Shown in pieces: positions 45,232 through 54,914 of a stretch of DNA of 64,000 bases. Position numbers and translations under genes: made by a program. Location of the stretch: the NCBI GenBank assembly GCA_964453605.1, contig CAYVOI010000001.1, positions 612,095-676,094 of the forward strand. The letters are read 5' to 3'. The stretch's first letter is position 1; each line of letters opens with the position of its first letter. This DNA is from an uncultured Gammaproteobacteria bacterium (lineage in GTDB: Bacteria > Patescibacteriota > Patescibacteriia > Veblenbacterales > UBA10138). A model generated the notes under the pieces. That model was given only the letters and a program-made list of their open reading frames with translations. It had not been told where the DNA came from and made no database searches.

Positions 45232-46482
45232 CTACTCTCGCCGGAGGTGTGCCCCCACCGCCCGCAGGCGCTTATCCAGGTGCTCGTAGCCCCTATCCAC
45301 CAGTTCTACGTCGTGGATCACGGTTTCACCCTGGGCCATAAGCCCAGCGATGATGAGCGTGGCACCGGCCCGAAGGTCAAAGGAACGTATCTCGCGGCCG
45401 TAGAGCGGGGTCGGGCCGGTAATAACCACGCGGTGTGGGTCAGCCACTACGGCATTGGCGCCCATCGTAATCAGCTCGGCAATGTGGTTGAGCCTGCCCT
45501 CATACAAAGGATCGTGGATCAGTGAGGTGCCGCTCGCCTGCGTGGCGAGTAGGCTGAACGGCGCCTGCAGGTCTGTAGGAAACCCGGGGTAGGGTAGCGC
45601 CTGCAGCTTGAATGGTTTGAGCTGACGGCTAGCGCTAACGTTCAACCTATCGCCTGTTAGCGTATAGTGAACGCCGACCTCTTTGAGCTTGAGAAGTACA
45701 AGCTTCAAGTGTTCCGGCACTACCGGCCCAATCGTAAGCTCGCCGCGCGAAACAGCCGCCAGCACGGCCCAGGTGCCAGCCTCTGTACTGTCAGGAATTA
45801 CGTGGTGCGTGGCACCGTGGAGCGAAGCCACACCTTGAATCTCCAGGTGGTGTGTGCCCACGCCGCTGATTTTGGCACCCATGGAACTCAGGAACACACA
45901 CAGATCAGCCACGTGGGGCTCAGCCGCTGCTACATCAATTGTGGTAGTGCCGGGCGTTAACACTGCTGCCATGAGCACGTTCTCGGTGGCCGTGACAGAA
46001 AACTCCGGCAGCGTCACGGCCGCCCCTCGCCGGTTCGGCCAGCTCAAGCTGTACCCCTCACCGGCTGGTTCAACCCTCACGCCGAGCTGGCGAAAGCCCT
46101 CCAGGTGGGCTGACAGTGGCCGGTTGCCGATAATGCAGCCGCCTGGCTCAGGCAGGTGCACTTGCCCCAGGCGCGCCAGCAGGGGCCCAAACAACAGCAC
46201 GGACGAGCGCATGCTCTTTACCGGCTGCTCGCCCAAAGCTTTGAGGGTCACGGACTGGGCCTTAAGCCGCACGGTGTGACCCTCTCGCACAACGCTCACG
46301 CCCAGCTCGCGGAGAAGTTCGAGCATGCGCTCGACATCTGAAATCTCGGGCACGTTCTCAACCACACACTCGTCGGTCGTCAGCAAGCAGGCCGCGAGTA
46401 TGGGCGTAGCCGCGTTCTTTGAACCCGGCACCGTGACCTCACCCCGGAGGCTCCGGCCACCTTCTACCACGAGCTTCGCCAT
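45232..46482 (-). CDS. murA: UDP-GlcNAc 1-carboxyvinyltransferase
   Basis: GSKNA, MRSS, PGGCIIGNRP (active-site Cys), PGFPTDLQ, DLRAGA. Confidence 0.97.
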   Translation of the reverse strand: MAKLVVEGGRSLRGEVTVPGSKNAATPILAACLLTTDECVVENVPEISDVERMLELLRELGVSVVREGHTVRLKAQSVTLKALGEQPVKSMRSSVLLFGPLLARLGQVHLPEPGGCIIGNRPLSAHLEGFRQLGVRVEPAGEGYSLSWPNRRGAAVTLPEFSVTATENVLMAAVLTPGTTTIDVAAAEPHVADLCVFLSSMGAKISGVGTHHLEIQGVASLHGATHHVIPDSTEAGTWAVLAAVSRGELTIGPVVPEHLKLVLLKLKEVGVHYTLTGDRLNVSASRQLKPFKLQALPYPGFPTDLQAPFSLLATQASGTSLIHDPLYEGRLNHIAELITMGANAVVADPHRVVITGPTPLYGREIRSFDLRAGATLIIAGLMAQGETVIHDVELVDRGYEHLDKRLRAVGAHLRRE

Positions 46483-46552
46483 GGTACACTGGATTAGTCT
46501 TAAGCTAGCTCAGTGTAGCTAAACCAACGTCACCTCGCAAGGCAGACCACCT

Positions 46553-47917
46553 ATGAACCTCCGGCTCCGGCGCATCATCTACCTCAGCTTTTTCGCTGTC
46601 TTCTTCGCCGCGGCCGGCGGACTGCTCTTCTACGTCCAGGGCTACCGCTACAACCCCTTGAAGGGCAAGGTGGTGCGCACCGGCGCCATTGTGGTGGATT
46701 CAAACCCGGCCGGAGCCAATGTCACCTTGGCTGGCGCCGCTCAGGGAGACGCTACACCAACCTCGCTGCAGTCGCTGCAGCCAGCCGACTACGAGGTTGG
46801 TGTAGAGCTGCCGGGCTTTCAACCCTGGCGTAAAACGCTGTCGGTTAAACCATCGCTCGTTACCTTTACCGGCACGGTCCACCTCTGGCCCGAAACGTCA
46901 GCCGGCCTACGGCTCACGAGCGGAGCCGTAACCACCACGCTCCTCTCCCCCACCGGTGAAAACCTCCTGGCCTACGTACCCCAAGGTCTTAACTCCGGCT
47001 TGTGGCTCTACAACCTGAGCACAGGCCAGGGCAGCCTCCTCACGCGGCTTGGCGGTAGTACGGTAACTGCGCTCGAGTGGCACCCGAGTGGCCAAGACCT
47101 CCTGCTCGGCGTAACTACAGGTAGCAGCACCCGTTACCAAACCTTTAGCCTAACCAGCCGTACCTGGGAAGAGGCTAGCTGGGACGAGGACGTTACCCCG
47201 CAAACAGCGCACTGGGGTGACGACGAAAACACGCTCCTGGTGTACTCCAACCAGGCGCTGTACCAGTACAGCCGCCACCTGAGCACGCTCCGGCTGCTGT
47301 GGCGTGCCAACCTTATCGACTTCCGTGTGCACGACGGGCTGGTGTTCGGCCTGGTACAGCACGGTAGCAGCAGCCCCGAGCTCAAAGTGCTCGACCTGTC
47401 AAGCCTGCAGAACGTGCCCCTGGGCGAGGCCCCGGTGCTGTCAACGAACCTCAAGTTTCTCGAGGCACGCAGTGGCTGGCTGCCACTCTACGACCAAGAC
47501 CGCCACTCACTCTACCTCTTGCACTCACCGCTCACCGAAACCGTGCCCATCCGCAAGCTACCAGAGGTTACTGGCCTGGACTGGTCAGCCGATGGCTTGC
47601 GACTACTCCTGACTAACAACTTCGAGCTCTGGCAGTACGACGTCACCGCCGACAGCTTAAACCTGACCTTACGGGTGAGCACACCCCTTACCCAAGGCCG
47701 CCTGGTGGGCCGAGAACCGTACGCAGTCGTGGCTACGGCCGGTCAGGTGTGGGCCGTTGAGTTTGACTCACGCGGGCTGCAGCAACGCTGGCTCCTCAGC
47801 GACTACGGGAAAGAGGCGGTTCAGGACGTCTTCCTGGACCCACGGGGAGAAAACCTCACGGTTAAACTGGCGAGTGGCCTTAGGCGCCTGAGCCTAACCT
47901 CGGCCGGCCGTAACTGA
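46553..47917 (+). CDS. Membrane-anchored PEGA-domain / beta-propeller surface protein
   Basis: TM, GYRY..TGAIVVDSNPAGA..TP..GFQPWRK; WHPSG and WSADG blades. Confidence 0.75.
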   Translation: MNLRLRRIIYLSFFAVFFAAAGGLLFYVQGYRYNPLKGKVVRTGAIVVDSNPAGANVTLAGAAQGDATPTSLQSLQPADYEVGVELPGFQPWRKTLSVKPSLVTFTGTVHLWPETSAGLRLTSGAVTTTLLSPTGENLLAYVPQGLNSGLWLYNLSTGQGSLLTRLGGSTVTALEWHPSGQDLLLGVTTGSSTRYQTFSLTSRTWEEASWDEDVTPQTAHWGDDENTLLVYSNQALYQYSRHLSTLRLLWRANLIDFRVHDGLVFGLVQHGSSSPELKVLDLSSLQNVPLGEAPVLSTNLKFLEARSGWLPLYDQDRHSLYLLHSPLTETVPIRKLPEVTGLDWSADGLRLLLTNNFELWQYDVTADSLNLTLRVSTPLTQGRLVGREPYAVVATAGQVWAVEFDSRGLQQRWLLSDYGKEAVQDVFLDPRGENLTVKLASGLRRLSLTSAGRN

Positions 47918-48631
47918 AGCCGCCGTCCGCGCGGCTAGCAGGTTAGCTTTGAGCAGCGAGTCGAACGTGCCCGCGTCGGTCCACTCACCACTCAGCTTGG
48001 TGTAGTGCAGGGTGCCTGCCACCACGTAAGCGTTGTTGACGTCGGTAATTTCTAGCTCGCCGCGGGCAGAAGGCTTTAAACTTTTTATAATTTCAAACAC
48101 GTGAGCATCATAGAGGTAGAGCCCAGTAACCGCTAGGTTGCTCACTGAAGTTTTTGGCTTTTCTACAATCTTGACCACCTTGTCACCCGCCAGCTCAGCT
48201 ACTCCGAATCGCTCAGGGTCGGGCACCTGCTTCAGGAACACATGGGCACCCTCCGGTTTTTGTGCAAATGTTTGAATAGCCTGGCTAAGGTCGTCCTCGT
48301 AAATATTATCACCTAAAATTGCGGCCACAGCCTCACCATCGACAAAGCCCTCTGCTAGCCCCAGGGCCTGGGCAATACCCCCCGCCTCGTCCTGCAGCTC
48401 GTATGCTAGGCGCACGCCAAACTCCTTGCCACTACCCAGGAGATGCAAGAAATGGCCAGCGTGCTCAGGGCCAGACACAATCATGATCTCGGTAATGCCC
48501 GCATCCACCAACGTCTGCAGCGGGTAGTAGATCATGGGTTTGTTATACACCGGCAGCAGGTGCTTGTTGGTGACGTTGGTGATGGGCCTAAGCCTCGTCC
48601 CTAAGCCACCGGCCAAAATAACGCCTTTCAT
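47894..48631 (-). CDS. rmlA: Glucose-1-phosphate thymidylyltransferase (short RmlA/SpsI type)
   Basis: GVILAGGLGTRL, KHLLPVYNKPMIYYP, VEKP, RGELEITD, WTDAGT. Confidence 0.9.
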   Translation of the reverse strand: MKGVILAGGLGTRLRPITNVTNKHLLPVYNKPMIYYPLQTLVDAGITEIMIVSGPEHAGHFLHLLGSGKEFGVRLAYELQDEAGGIAQALGLAEGFVDGEAVAAILGDNIYEDDLSQAIQTFAQKPEGAHVFLKQVPDPERFGVAELAGDKVVKIVEKPKTSVSNLAVTGLYLYDAHVFEIIKSLKPSARGELEITDVNNAYVVAGTLHYTKLSGEWTDAGTFDSLLKANLLAARTAASVTAGRG

Positions 48632-48638
48632 AAGATTA

Positions 48639-49565
48639 TCATTTTTCGGCATTGCCTGCTTCCTGGGCTACACGATGCAAAACTTCTATGAGATGATTAT
48701 CACGAAATAGAGTCTCTATCTGTTTATCTAGTGTATCACCTACGGTGCCCTCACCAAAGGGAATCTCAAATTTGCTGCCGTACCGCTCCTGGTAGTAGTT
48801 CATATAGTTCATAAGGAGGTACTTTTTTTCTTCCTCAATAGATTTCGGTAGGTACTTTTGTTGGCTGCTATCGACAACGCTATGGGCGGCATCATTCGCC
48901 TGTGTCTCAAGCCATCGTACAGTTTCAGCTCCTGTAAAAAATTCTTCAAGATAGAGGTTTACTGGCGTCGAAAGGTCGGGGTAACGTATAAACCCTAACG
49001 TGTCATTAGCATTCTGAGCACGTTCTTGGGCCATATGCCTAGCGTGCATACCTTCGTGGTAAGGCGTACTCACTTTAGCCTCTTGTAGCGTGTCAGCTGG
49101 TCCGTAAAAGATATAGACAGTATCCCTCCCAAGGTTAAACCGCGTGCGAGCGCCGGCTGGTCTAGCGGAACCTGCAAAGGTGAGTGCGGCCACCTTTCCA
49201 AAGAGAGCTTCAAACAGAGCTTGATCTGCTTCGCTTAAATTTTTCCTTTCATCTTCTAGACTTCCCACAACGACAGGGATTTTTAGATCGTCAAATTTAG
49301 GATAGAAGCGTTCATAGCCACTATACCGCTTCTGTGTTTCGGCTGTACGATAGCTAACCTTGTGAGAAGGCGATTCTTTGGCTGTTTCAAGTTCTTGGCC
49401 AAAACCGGGGTGTGTGGCGACAAACTCCATAAAAGCACCAAGTGCTGCCAAGCCGCAGTACTTAGCAGTCCTGGTGAACTTTTCGCGCCATTCGTATCCT
49501 CTTCCACTACCCTGGTGCTCTTGCGACTGTAGCGGCTCCGGCAGGTGATGTTCTAGTGACTCCAT
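48639..49565 (-). CDS. Hypothetical exported protein with HExxH motif
   Basis: Charged N-extension, hydrophobic segment, YHEGMHARH then EE. Confidence 0.6.
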   Translation of the reverse strand: MESLEHHLPEPLQSQEHQGSGRGYEWREKFTRTAKYCGLAALGAFMEFVATHPGFGQELETAKESPSHKVSYRTAETQKRYSGYERFYPKFDDLKIPVVVGSLEDERKNLSEADQALFEALFGKVAALTFAGSARPAGARTRFNLGRDTVYIFYGPADTLQEAKVSTPYHEGMHARHMAQERAQNANDTLGFIRYPDLSTPVNLYLEEFFTGAETVRWLETQANDAAHSVVDSSQQKYLPKSIEEEKKYLLMNYMNYYQERYGSKFEIPFGEGTVGDTLDKQIETLFRDNHLIEVLHRVAQEAGNAEK

Positions 49566-49582
49566 AACGGCTCTACCTTAAC

Positions 49583-50419
49583 CTAAGCAAGGTAATCACG
49601 CAACGCCTCTTGCCAACTGCGAAGCTGTGGGAACTTGGTGTTAAGTAGCACAGCGTTCTTGGGACGCTGGGCGCGGGTGGGGTACTCGGCAGAAGAAATA
49701 GGCCTGAGTGGCGTGGTAACGCCTTTAAGCCTGAAGGCCTCTTTCGCCACGTCGTACCAACTAGCCACACCTTCGTTCACCAAGTGGTACACGCCTGGCG
49801 CCAGCTCACTGCCCAACAGCCTCACCACCGCGTGGGCTAAATCTTTTGTGGATGTCGGCTTGCCAAACTGATCACTCACCACCCTAACCTCAGGTTTCTC
49901 AGCTGCTAGTTTTAGCACGGTGTCCACAAAGTTCATCCCCCGCGGCTTGCCGCGCTGTGGTGCATGGCCGTAGAGCCAGGAACTGCGCACTACATAGCCA
50001 TGCACGTAATTAATTACGTAATTCTCGCCCGCCAATTTTGATTCGCCGTACACGCTCAACGGGTGGGCGGCGGCGTTTTCGGCGTAGCCTTTGGAGCTTG
50101 TGCCATCGAACACATACTCTGTAGAAAAGTGTACCAACTTTGCGCCCGCGGCTTTGGCCGCCTCAAGCATGTAGCCTACGGCGTCGGCGTTAAGCTGAAA
50201 CGCTAGTTCACGCGCACCCTCCGCGCCGTCCACGTCCGTATACCCCGTGGCATTAATAACTACCTCAGGCTTAAGCTTGGTAAGCTTAGCTGCTACAGCC
50301 TCACGATTGGTAACATCAAGCTCCTCACGGTCGAGGCAAGTAAGCTCTGCTCCGCCCGCAAACGCAGCAGCTAGGTCAGTACCCAGCATGCCACGCGAAC
50401 CTAAAATAGCAACGCGCAT
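49583..50419 (-). CDS. rmlD: dTDP-4-dehydrorhamnose reductase
   Basis: GSRGMLG, YTDVDGAE, STEYVFDG, YGESKLAGE, DQFGKPT. Confidence 0.95.
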   Translation of the reverse strand: MRVAILGSRGMLGTDLAAAFAGGAELTCLDREELDVTNREAVAAKLTKLKPEVVINATGYTDVDGAEGARELAFQLNADAVGYMLEAAKAAGAKLVHFSTEYVFDGTSSKGYAENAAAHPLSVYGESKLAGENYVINYVHGYVVRSSWLYGHAPQRGKPRGMNFVDTVLKLAAEKPEVRVVSDQFGKPTSTKDLAHAVVRLLGSELAPGVYHLVNEGVASWYDVAKEAFRLKGVTTPLRPISSAEYPTRAQRPKNAVLLNTKFPQLRSWQEALRDYLA

Positions 50420-50421
50420 AA

Positions 50422-50826
50422 CTAAGCCTGCCTAGCCAAAACTTTTTGAAACTCCTCGTAGTCCTGAATGTAATCAGCACGCGAGGAGTCGAAGTTGGTG
50501 GAGGACAGCGCCACTACAACCGTATTCGGCTGCCATGATTTAAAATGGTGCCAGACGTAGGCAGGTACGTAGATAGCATCACCCTGCGCCATGGGCACGT
50601 CCCTGAGGCCCGAGCCGTCGTCTATCTCAGCCACGCAAGCGCCCGCAAAACAAATAAAGCACTCTTCCTCAACTTTGTGGCAGTGCGAGCCAGTTGGCTT
50701 TTTGCCGTCAACAATGGCGTACACACGCTTCACCACGAAGCTCAGGTACTCTTTGAGCTCCAGCGGAATTAACGAAATTCTGTCGTCGGTGTGTATGGGC
50801 AGTTTAAAGCGCTTAAACATTTGCAT
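50422..50826 (-). CDS. dTDP-sugar 3,4-ketoisomerase-like cupin (FdtA/QdtA/WxcM)
   Basis: VKRVY, GSHCH, VWH, DYIQDYEEF. Confidence 0.8.
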   Translation of the reverse strand: MQMFKRFKLPIHTDDRISLIPLELKEYLSFVVKRVYAIVDGKKPTGSHCHKVEEECFICFAGACVAEIDDGSGLRDVPMAQGDAIYVPAYVWHHFKSWQPNTVVVALSSTNFDSSRADYIQDYEEFQKVLARQA

Positions 50827-50843
50827 AGCGTGTGCTGAAGACC

Positions 50844-53800
50844 TTAGTTTTGCTCTGGTTCGCCCTCCTCGTACTCGTCATCATATTCATCAGACATTTC
50901 ACCCACAAAAATTACATTATCTCCCTCACACTCCACCTTGCTATAACCAGTACGCCTTCCAACTATAGCTGAATCAATGTGATATTGGGTTAGCCAAGCG
51001 CCTGGCATAGAAACCCGGTACCCCCCTTTTGGCTGCACAGATAAAAATGCGACCAATGCATCAGTTATGGATTTTTCATCTGCTCCCGGAGCTTCTACCA
51101 CCTGCTTTACCGTCACCTCATCCCAGGCCTCGGATTCCTCCCGCTCAAAATCAAGTGCCGCCATCATTAACACTGGTTTGCCAGCTAGGCTGATTTGAGT
51201 GGTCCTGTTTTCGGCCTCAAAAATAGGATCATTATCTTCGTCACGACTTAAAACCCGTTCACAGGGGGCCAGCTCTTTGGCCAAGGCTTCACACTGTTCA
51301 TTAGTCAGAGCATAGTTAGCCATCAGCTGCGCGCGTAAAACGCTATCTGGTTGCAGCATGGCTGGCGTCACAAATCCCAAACGCGGCCGTACACCCTCAG
51401 CTTTATTGCCGACTGGCTCGCGCAAGCGGATAACCGTATCATGAATAAAACAATCGCTATACTCAAGTTCGCCCTCAACAGGCTGATACTCATTGCGTAC
51501 TAATTCGCCCATCTCACGCACCAGTTCCCTATCATCATTGAAGCTCGTGCCCATAATGATATTTTTATCAGGCCAACACTGCGCAACAGCTTGGCGGTAT
51601 AGCTTGGCAATGTCGGGCACTAGATTTTCATAGGTATGAGCCACCTCGATATTATCCATAGCCAGCGTATCCCAGCCTCGCTTTGATTTACCTTTGCCGC
51701 TTTTACGCGCCGCCACCAGCACCGACTGTGCCACAATTTGTTCAACACCGTCTCGCGAGAGCGACACAGTAAAGTAAGCTGTATCTGAGCGGTACATGTA
51801 ATCGTAATTTTTCTCATCGCCATAAGGCATGCAGCAGTTCGTGGCGTCGCCACAAACTATGCCCCGCGGGTCGGACTTGGCGTGCACGCGCGCTACCAAC
51901 GTATCCCCGGTGGCGATACCGCGGCTTTGCAATATGTTTTCTACCTGCTGGGCCAGCTCCGGGTATTTGTCAAAATAAACATCAGGCTTGGCAAAAAATT
52001 CCTTAACCGCCGCCTGACCGCCTGGCTCATGCTGCTGCACCAGCTGTTCTACTTGCCGGTAGAGTTCGGTGGCGTTGCCGAGCAGCCTGGTTTTTCTGGC
52101 CAACCCTAAGTATTCATCTAAAACCTGCTCGGCATAGTCAGCCGCTCGTTCTCTGAATTCTATAGGCGACTCTGGTGGCCGCTGCGCAATAACCTCGCCA
52201 GCACCACCTTTACCTTCAGCCAAGCCGGCCAAATGCCGAAGCACCGGATCGGTCGGCAGACCACCGCCTAGCCGTTCGCGCGCCAACAGGCCAGCCAGCT
52301 TTTCGTACAATGGCACCAAATGTTCAAAGCGCAACTGAATCTTCTGCGCCGGTGAAGCTTCAGCGTAGCCGGGCAGTCGCTCAATCAAACTGGCCAGCCG
52401 CTTGCCTACGCCGGCTTTGTCCTCGGTTACTTCAAAACCGTTACCCTTAACAAGCTTGAGCGAATCCAAATAGCGCGCATGCGTTTTTTTTAAATTAATA
52501 AGCTCTACGTCATCCTTAGGCTTGCGGTACACCGTGGCAAAATTCTCGCGCAAGCGCTGTTCCTCTGCCGCCACCACCGCCTGTTGCACGCGCATAACCG
52601 CCGGGCCCAGCTCCTTATGAATTTGCCCCACGGCACCCTGAAGCTTTTGCAACTCACGCGAACCTAGCGCCCCTTGTAGCACTCTGCCCAGGGGCGTGAT
52701 TCTACTAACTAAATCAGGTATCGGCTGTATGAGTGCTTTTTCATCCAGCGCATCACGATTTTCCAATAAACGTATAAGAGCGCTATTTGGCTCAGACAAA
52801 TCTGCCGCCAGCTGCTCGGTGTTACCCACCGTGTCAAGAATACTGATTATTTTTCCTTTGACTTGCTCTGCTATGCCTGGGGGAAATGTAAAATTGCGCT
52901 TTATAAGAATACAAATGCGACTAAAATCCCTTAACGTTCCAGGCGCGCGGTCTGAGCCAAATTCAGCCAAGCGCACTGCCGCATACGTGGGAGCAAAACT
53001 GGCTAAACGCTCCGCTTCTTCGGGGTTAGCGATCGAGCCCACCAAAGCTTTAAACGCTTCAGGGGCCCCGGCGTATTCGCTAACTAGCTTAGGCATGAAC
53101 TGCAGCGCGTCGTGAGTGGTAGTGCCGCTACGGCAGGCACTTTCCAAGTACTTATTGGCCGCCGCGGTATCGCCTGCCAGGCCACTCACTAAGCTATCGT
53201 ACCAGCCAGCCACGTCCGCCGGCCACACCTGCTCGCGGCAGTGCTTATAAAACTCGTTCAGGCCGACCTGGCCTTGCTTGCCGGCGAATTTTTTAGCGGT
53301 TGGCTCATCTGCCAACGCATTCACCTCGTACACGGCCGGAAGTTCAAGTAGCAACTTATGTATTGGATCAGTAAAACTTGCTTGGGTTAGCCCAAGCGCC
53401 TGAGCCGCCCGCCTCACCCCATTGTATGGCACACTTGCAACCACCGAACTACGTTCGGCCTCAGGCAGGGGGAAGCGCTTAAGGAGTTTGCCGGCTCCTT
53501 CATAAAAGTCAGAGCTGTCGAGGATCTTAATAAGCCTTTGTTTGACAGCGGCTTGGACTTCTGCTTCAGGCAGGGGGAAGTGGCCAAGGAGTTGGGCGGC
53601 TTTTTCATAATTGTAATGGTCGGCAGCAAGGAGCTCGACAAGCCTTTGTTTGACAGCGGCTTGGACTTCTGCTTCAGGCAGGGGGAAGTGGCCAAGGAGT
53701 TGGGCGGCTTTTTCATAATTGTAATGGTCGGCAGCAAGGAGCTCGACAAGCCTTTGTTTGACAGCGGCTTGGACTTCTGCTTCAGGCAGGGGGAAGCGCT

Positions 53801-54911
53801 TAAGGAGTTGAGCAGCGGCATCAAGTTTACCCACAGTAAGGTCCAGGATAAGCCCTTGTTTGGTGGCGGCGTGGATGTCGGGTGATTGCAGTTCGGCCGG
53901 AGGCAGGGGGAAGTGGTCAAGGAGTTTGTCGACTTCTTCATAATTGTAAAGGCTGGCAGCAAGGAGCTCGACAAGCCTTTGTTTGACAGCGGCTTGGATG
54001 TCGGGTGATTGCAGTTCAGCCTCAGGCAGGGGTAAGTCGCCAAGGAGTTGGGCGGCGGTATCAGGGTTACCCCTGGTAAGGCAACTGATAAGCCCTTGTT
54101 TGGTGGCGGCGTGGATGTCGGGTGATTGCAGTTCGGCCGGAGGCAGAGGGAAACGCTCAAGGAGTTGGGCAGCATGATATCTAAAGCCATTACTCAGGAT
54201 CTTGATAAGGCTTTGTTTGACAAGGGCGTGGATGTCGGGTGATTGCAGTTCGGCCGGAGGCAGAGGGAAACGCTCAAGGAGTTGGTCAGCGGCATCATGG
54301 TTACCCACGGTAAGGCACTGGATAAGCCTTTGTTTGACAGCGGCTTGGATGTCGGGTGATTGCAGTTCAGCCGGAGGCAGAGGGAAACGCTGAATAAAGA
54401 GTTGGGCACCAAAATCAGGGTAATATCTAAGGCGCTCGATAAGCACTTGTTTGGTGGCGGCTTGGACTTCTGCCTCAGGCAGGGGGAAGCGCTTAAGGAG
54501 TTTGCCGGCTCCTTCATAAAAGTCAGAGCTGTCGAGGATCTTAATAAGCCTTTGTTTGACAGCGGCTTGGACTTCTGCTTCAGGCAGGGGGAAGTGGCCA
54601 AGGAGTCGGACAGCGGCATCGGGGCTATATCTAAGGATCTCGATAAGCCCTTGTTTGGTGGCGGCTTGGATGTCAGGTGATTGCAGTTCAGCCTCAGGCA
54701 GGGGGAAGTGGTCAAGGAGTCGGACAGCTGCACCAGAGTCACCCCTGGTAAGCAAATTAATAATATCTTCTCTGTTTCGGTTATATGCACTAGCTTTATC
54801 AAAAGCAACATCGGCCGTGGCCTGCTTTTCCTGCTCCGGCAGCGCCGAAAAGCGTTCCTGGTTTTCTGCTTTGGTAAAATCAAATTCCTGATGTTCCCCT
54901 GGCTCGGGCAT
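50844..54911 (-). CDS. 1355-aa protein: N-terminal helical tandem repeats plus C-terminal enzyme-like domain
   Basis: 12 (F/L)PLP motifs; GDATNCC..AQS..DNIE; acidic tail. Confidence 0.85.
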   Translation of the reverse strand: MPEPGEHQEFDFTKAENQERFSALPEQEKQATADVAFDKASAYNRNREDIINLLTRGDSGAAVRLLDHFPLPEAELQSPDIQAATKQGLIEILRYSPDAAVRLLGHFPLPEAEVQAAVKQRLIKILDSSDFYEGAGKLLKRFPLPEAEVQAATKQVLIERLRYYPDFGAQLFIQRFPLPPAELQSPDIQAAVKQRLIQCLTVGNHDAADQLLERFPLPPAELQSPDIHALVKQSLIKILSNGFRYHAAQLLERFPLPPAELQSPDIHAATKQGLISCLTRGNPDTAAQLLGDLPLPEAELQSPDIQAAVKQRLVELLAASLYNYEEVDKLLDHFPLPPAELQSPDIHAATKQGLILDLTVGKLDAAAQLLKRFPLPEAEVQAAVKQRLVELLAADHYNYEKAAQLLGHFPLPEAEVQAAVKQRLVELLAADHYNYEKAAQLLGHFPLPEAEVQAAVKQRLIKILDSSDFYEGAGKLLKRFPLPEAERSSVVASVPYNGVRRAAQALGLTQASFTDPIHKLLLELPAVYEVNALADEPTAKKFAGKQGQVGLNEFYKHCREQVWPADVAGWYDSLVSGLAGDTAAANKYLESACRSGTTTHDALQFMPKLVSEYAGAPEAFKALVGSIANPEEAERLASFAPTYAAVRLAEFGSDRAPGTLRDFSRICILIKRNFTFPPGIAEQVKGKIISILDTVGNTEQLAADLSEPNSALIRLLENRDALDEKALIQPIPDLVSRITPLGRVLQGALGSRELQKLQGAVGQIHKELGPAVMRVQQAVVAAEEQRLRENFATVYRKPKDDVELINLKKTHARYLDSLKLVKGNGFEVTEDKAGVGKRLASLIERLPGYAEASPAQKIQLRFEHLVPLYEKLAGLLARERLGGGLPTDPVLRHLAGLAEGKGGAGEVIAQRPPESPIEFRERAADYAEQVLDEYLGLARKTRLLGNATELYRQVEQLVQQHEPGGQAAVKEFFAKPDVYFDKYPELAQQVENILQSRGIATGDTLVARVHAKSDPRGIVCGDATNCCMPYGDEKNYDYMYRSDTAYFTVSLSRDGVEQIVAQSVLVAARKSGKGKSKRGWDTLAMDNIEVAHTYENLVPDIAKLYRQAVAQCWPDKNIIMGTSFNDDRELVREMGELVRNEYQPVEGELEYSDCFIHDTVIRLREPVGNKAEGVRPRLGFVTPAMLQPDSVLRAQLMANYALTNEQCEALAKELAPCERVLSRDEDNDPIFEAENRTTQISLAGKPVLMMAALDFEREESEAWDEVTVKQVVEAPGADEKSITDALVAFLSVQPKGGYRVSMPGAWLTQYHIDSAIVGRRTGYSKVECEGDNVIFVGEMSDEYDDEYEEGEPEQN
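53455..54760 (-). repeat. Intragenic tandem repeat array (~34-41 aa units)
   Basis: Near-identical DNA units, including an exact 108-bp tandem duplication. Confidence 0.95.
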
Positions 54912-54914
54912 AAG

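Noticed and set aside
53414-54883. Alternative-frame repetitive ORFs (258 aa, 229 aa and plus-strand ones); CRISPR-like periodicity
   Set aside because: Shadows of the in-frame coding repeats; no unique spacers or cas genes.
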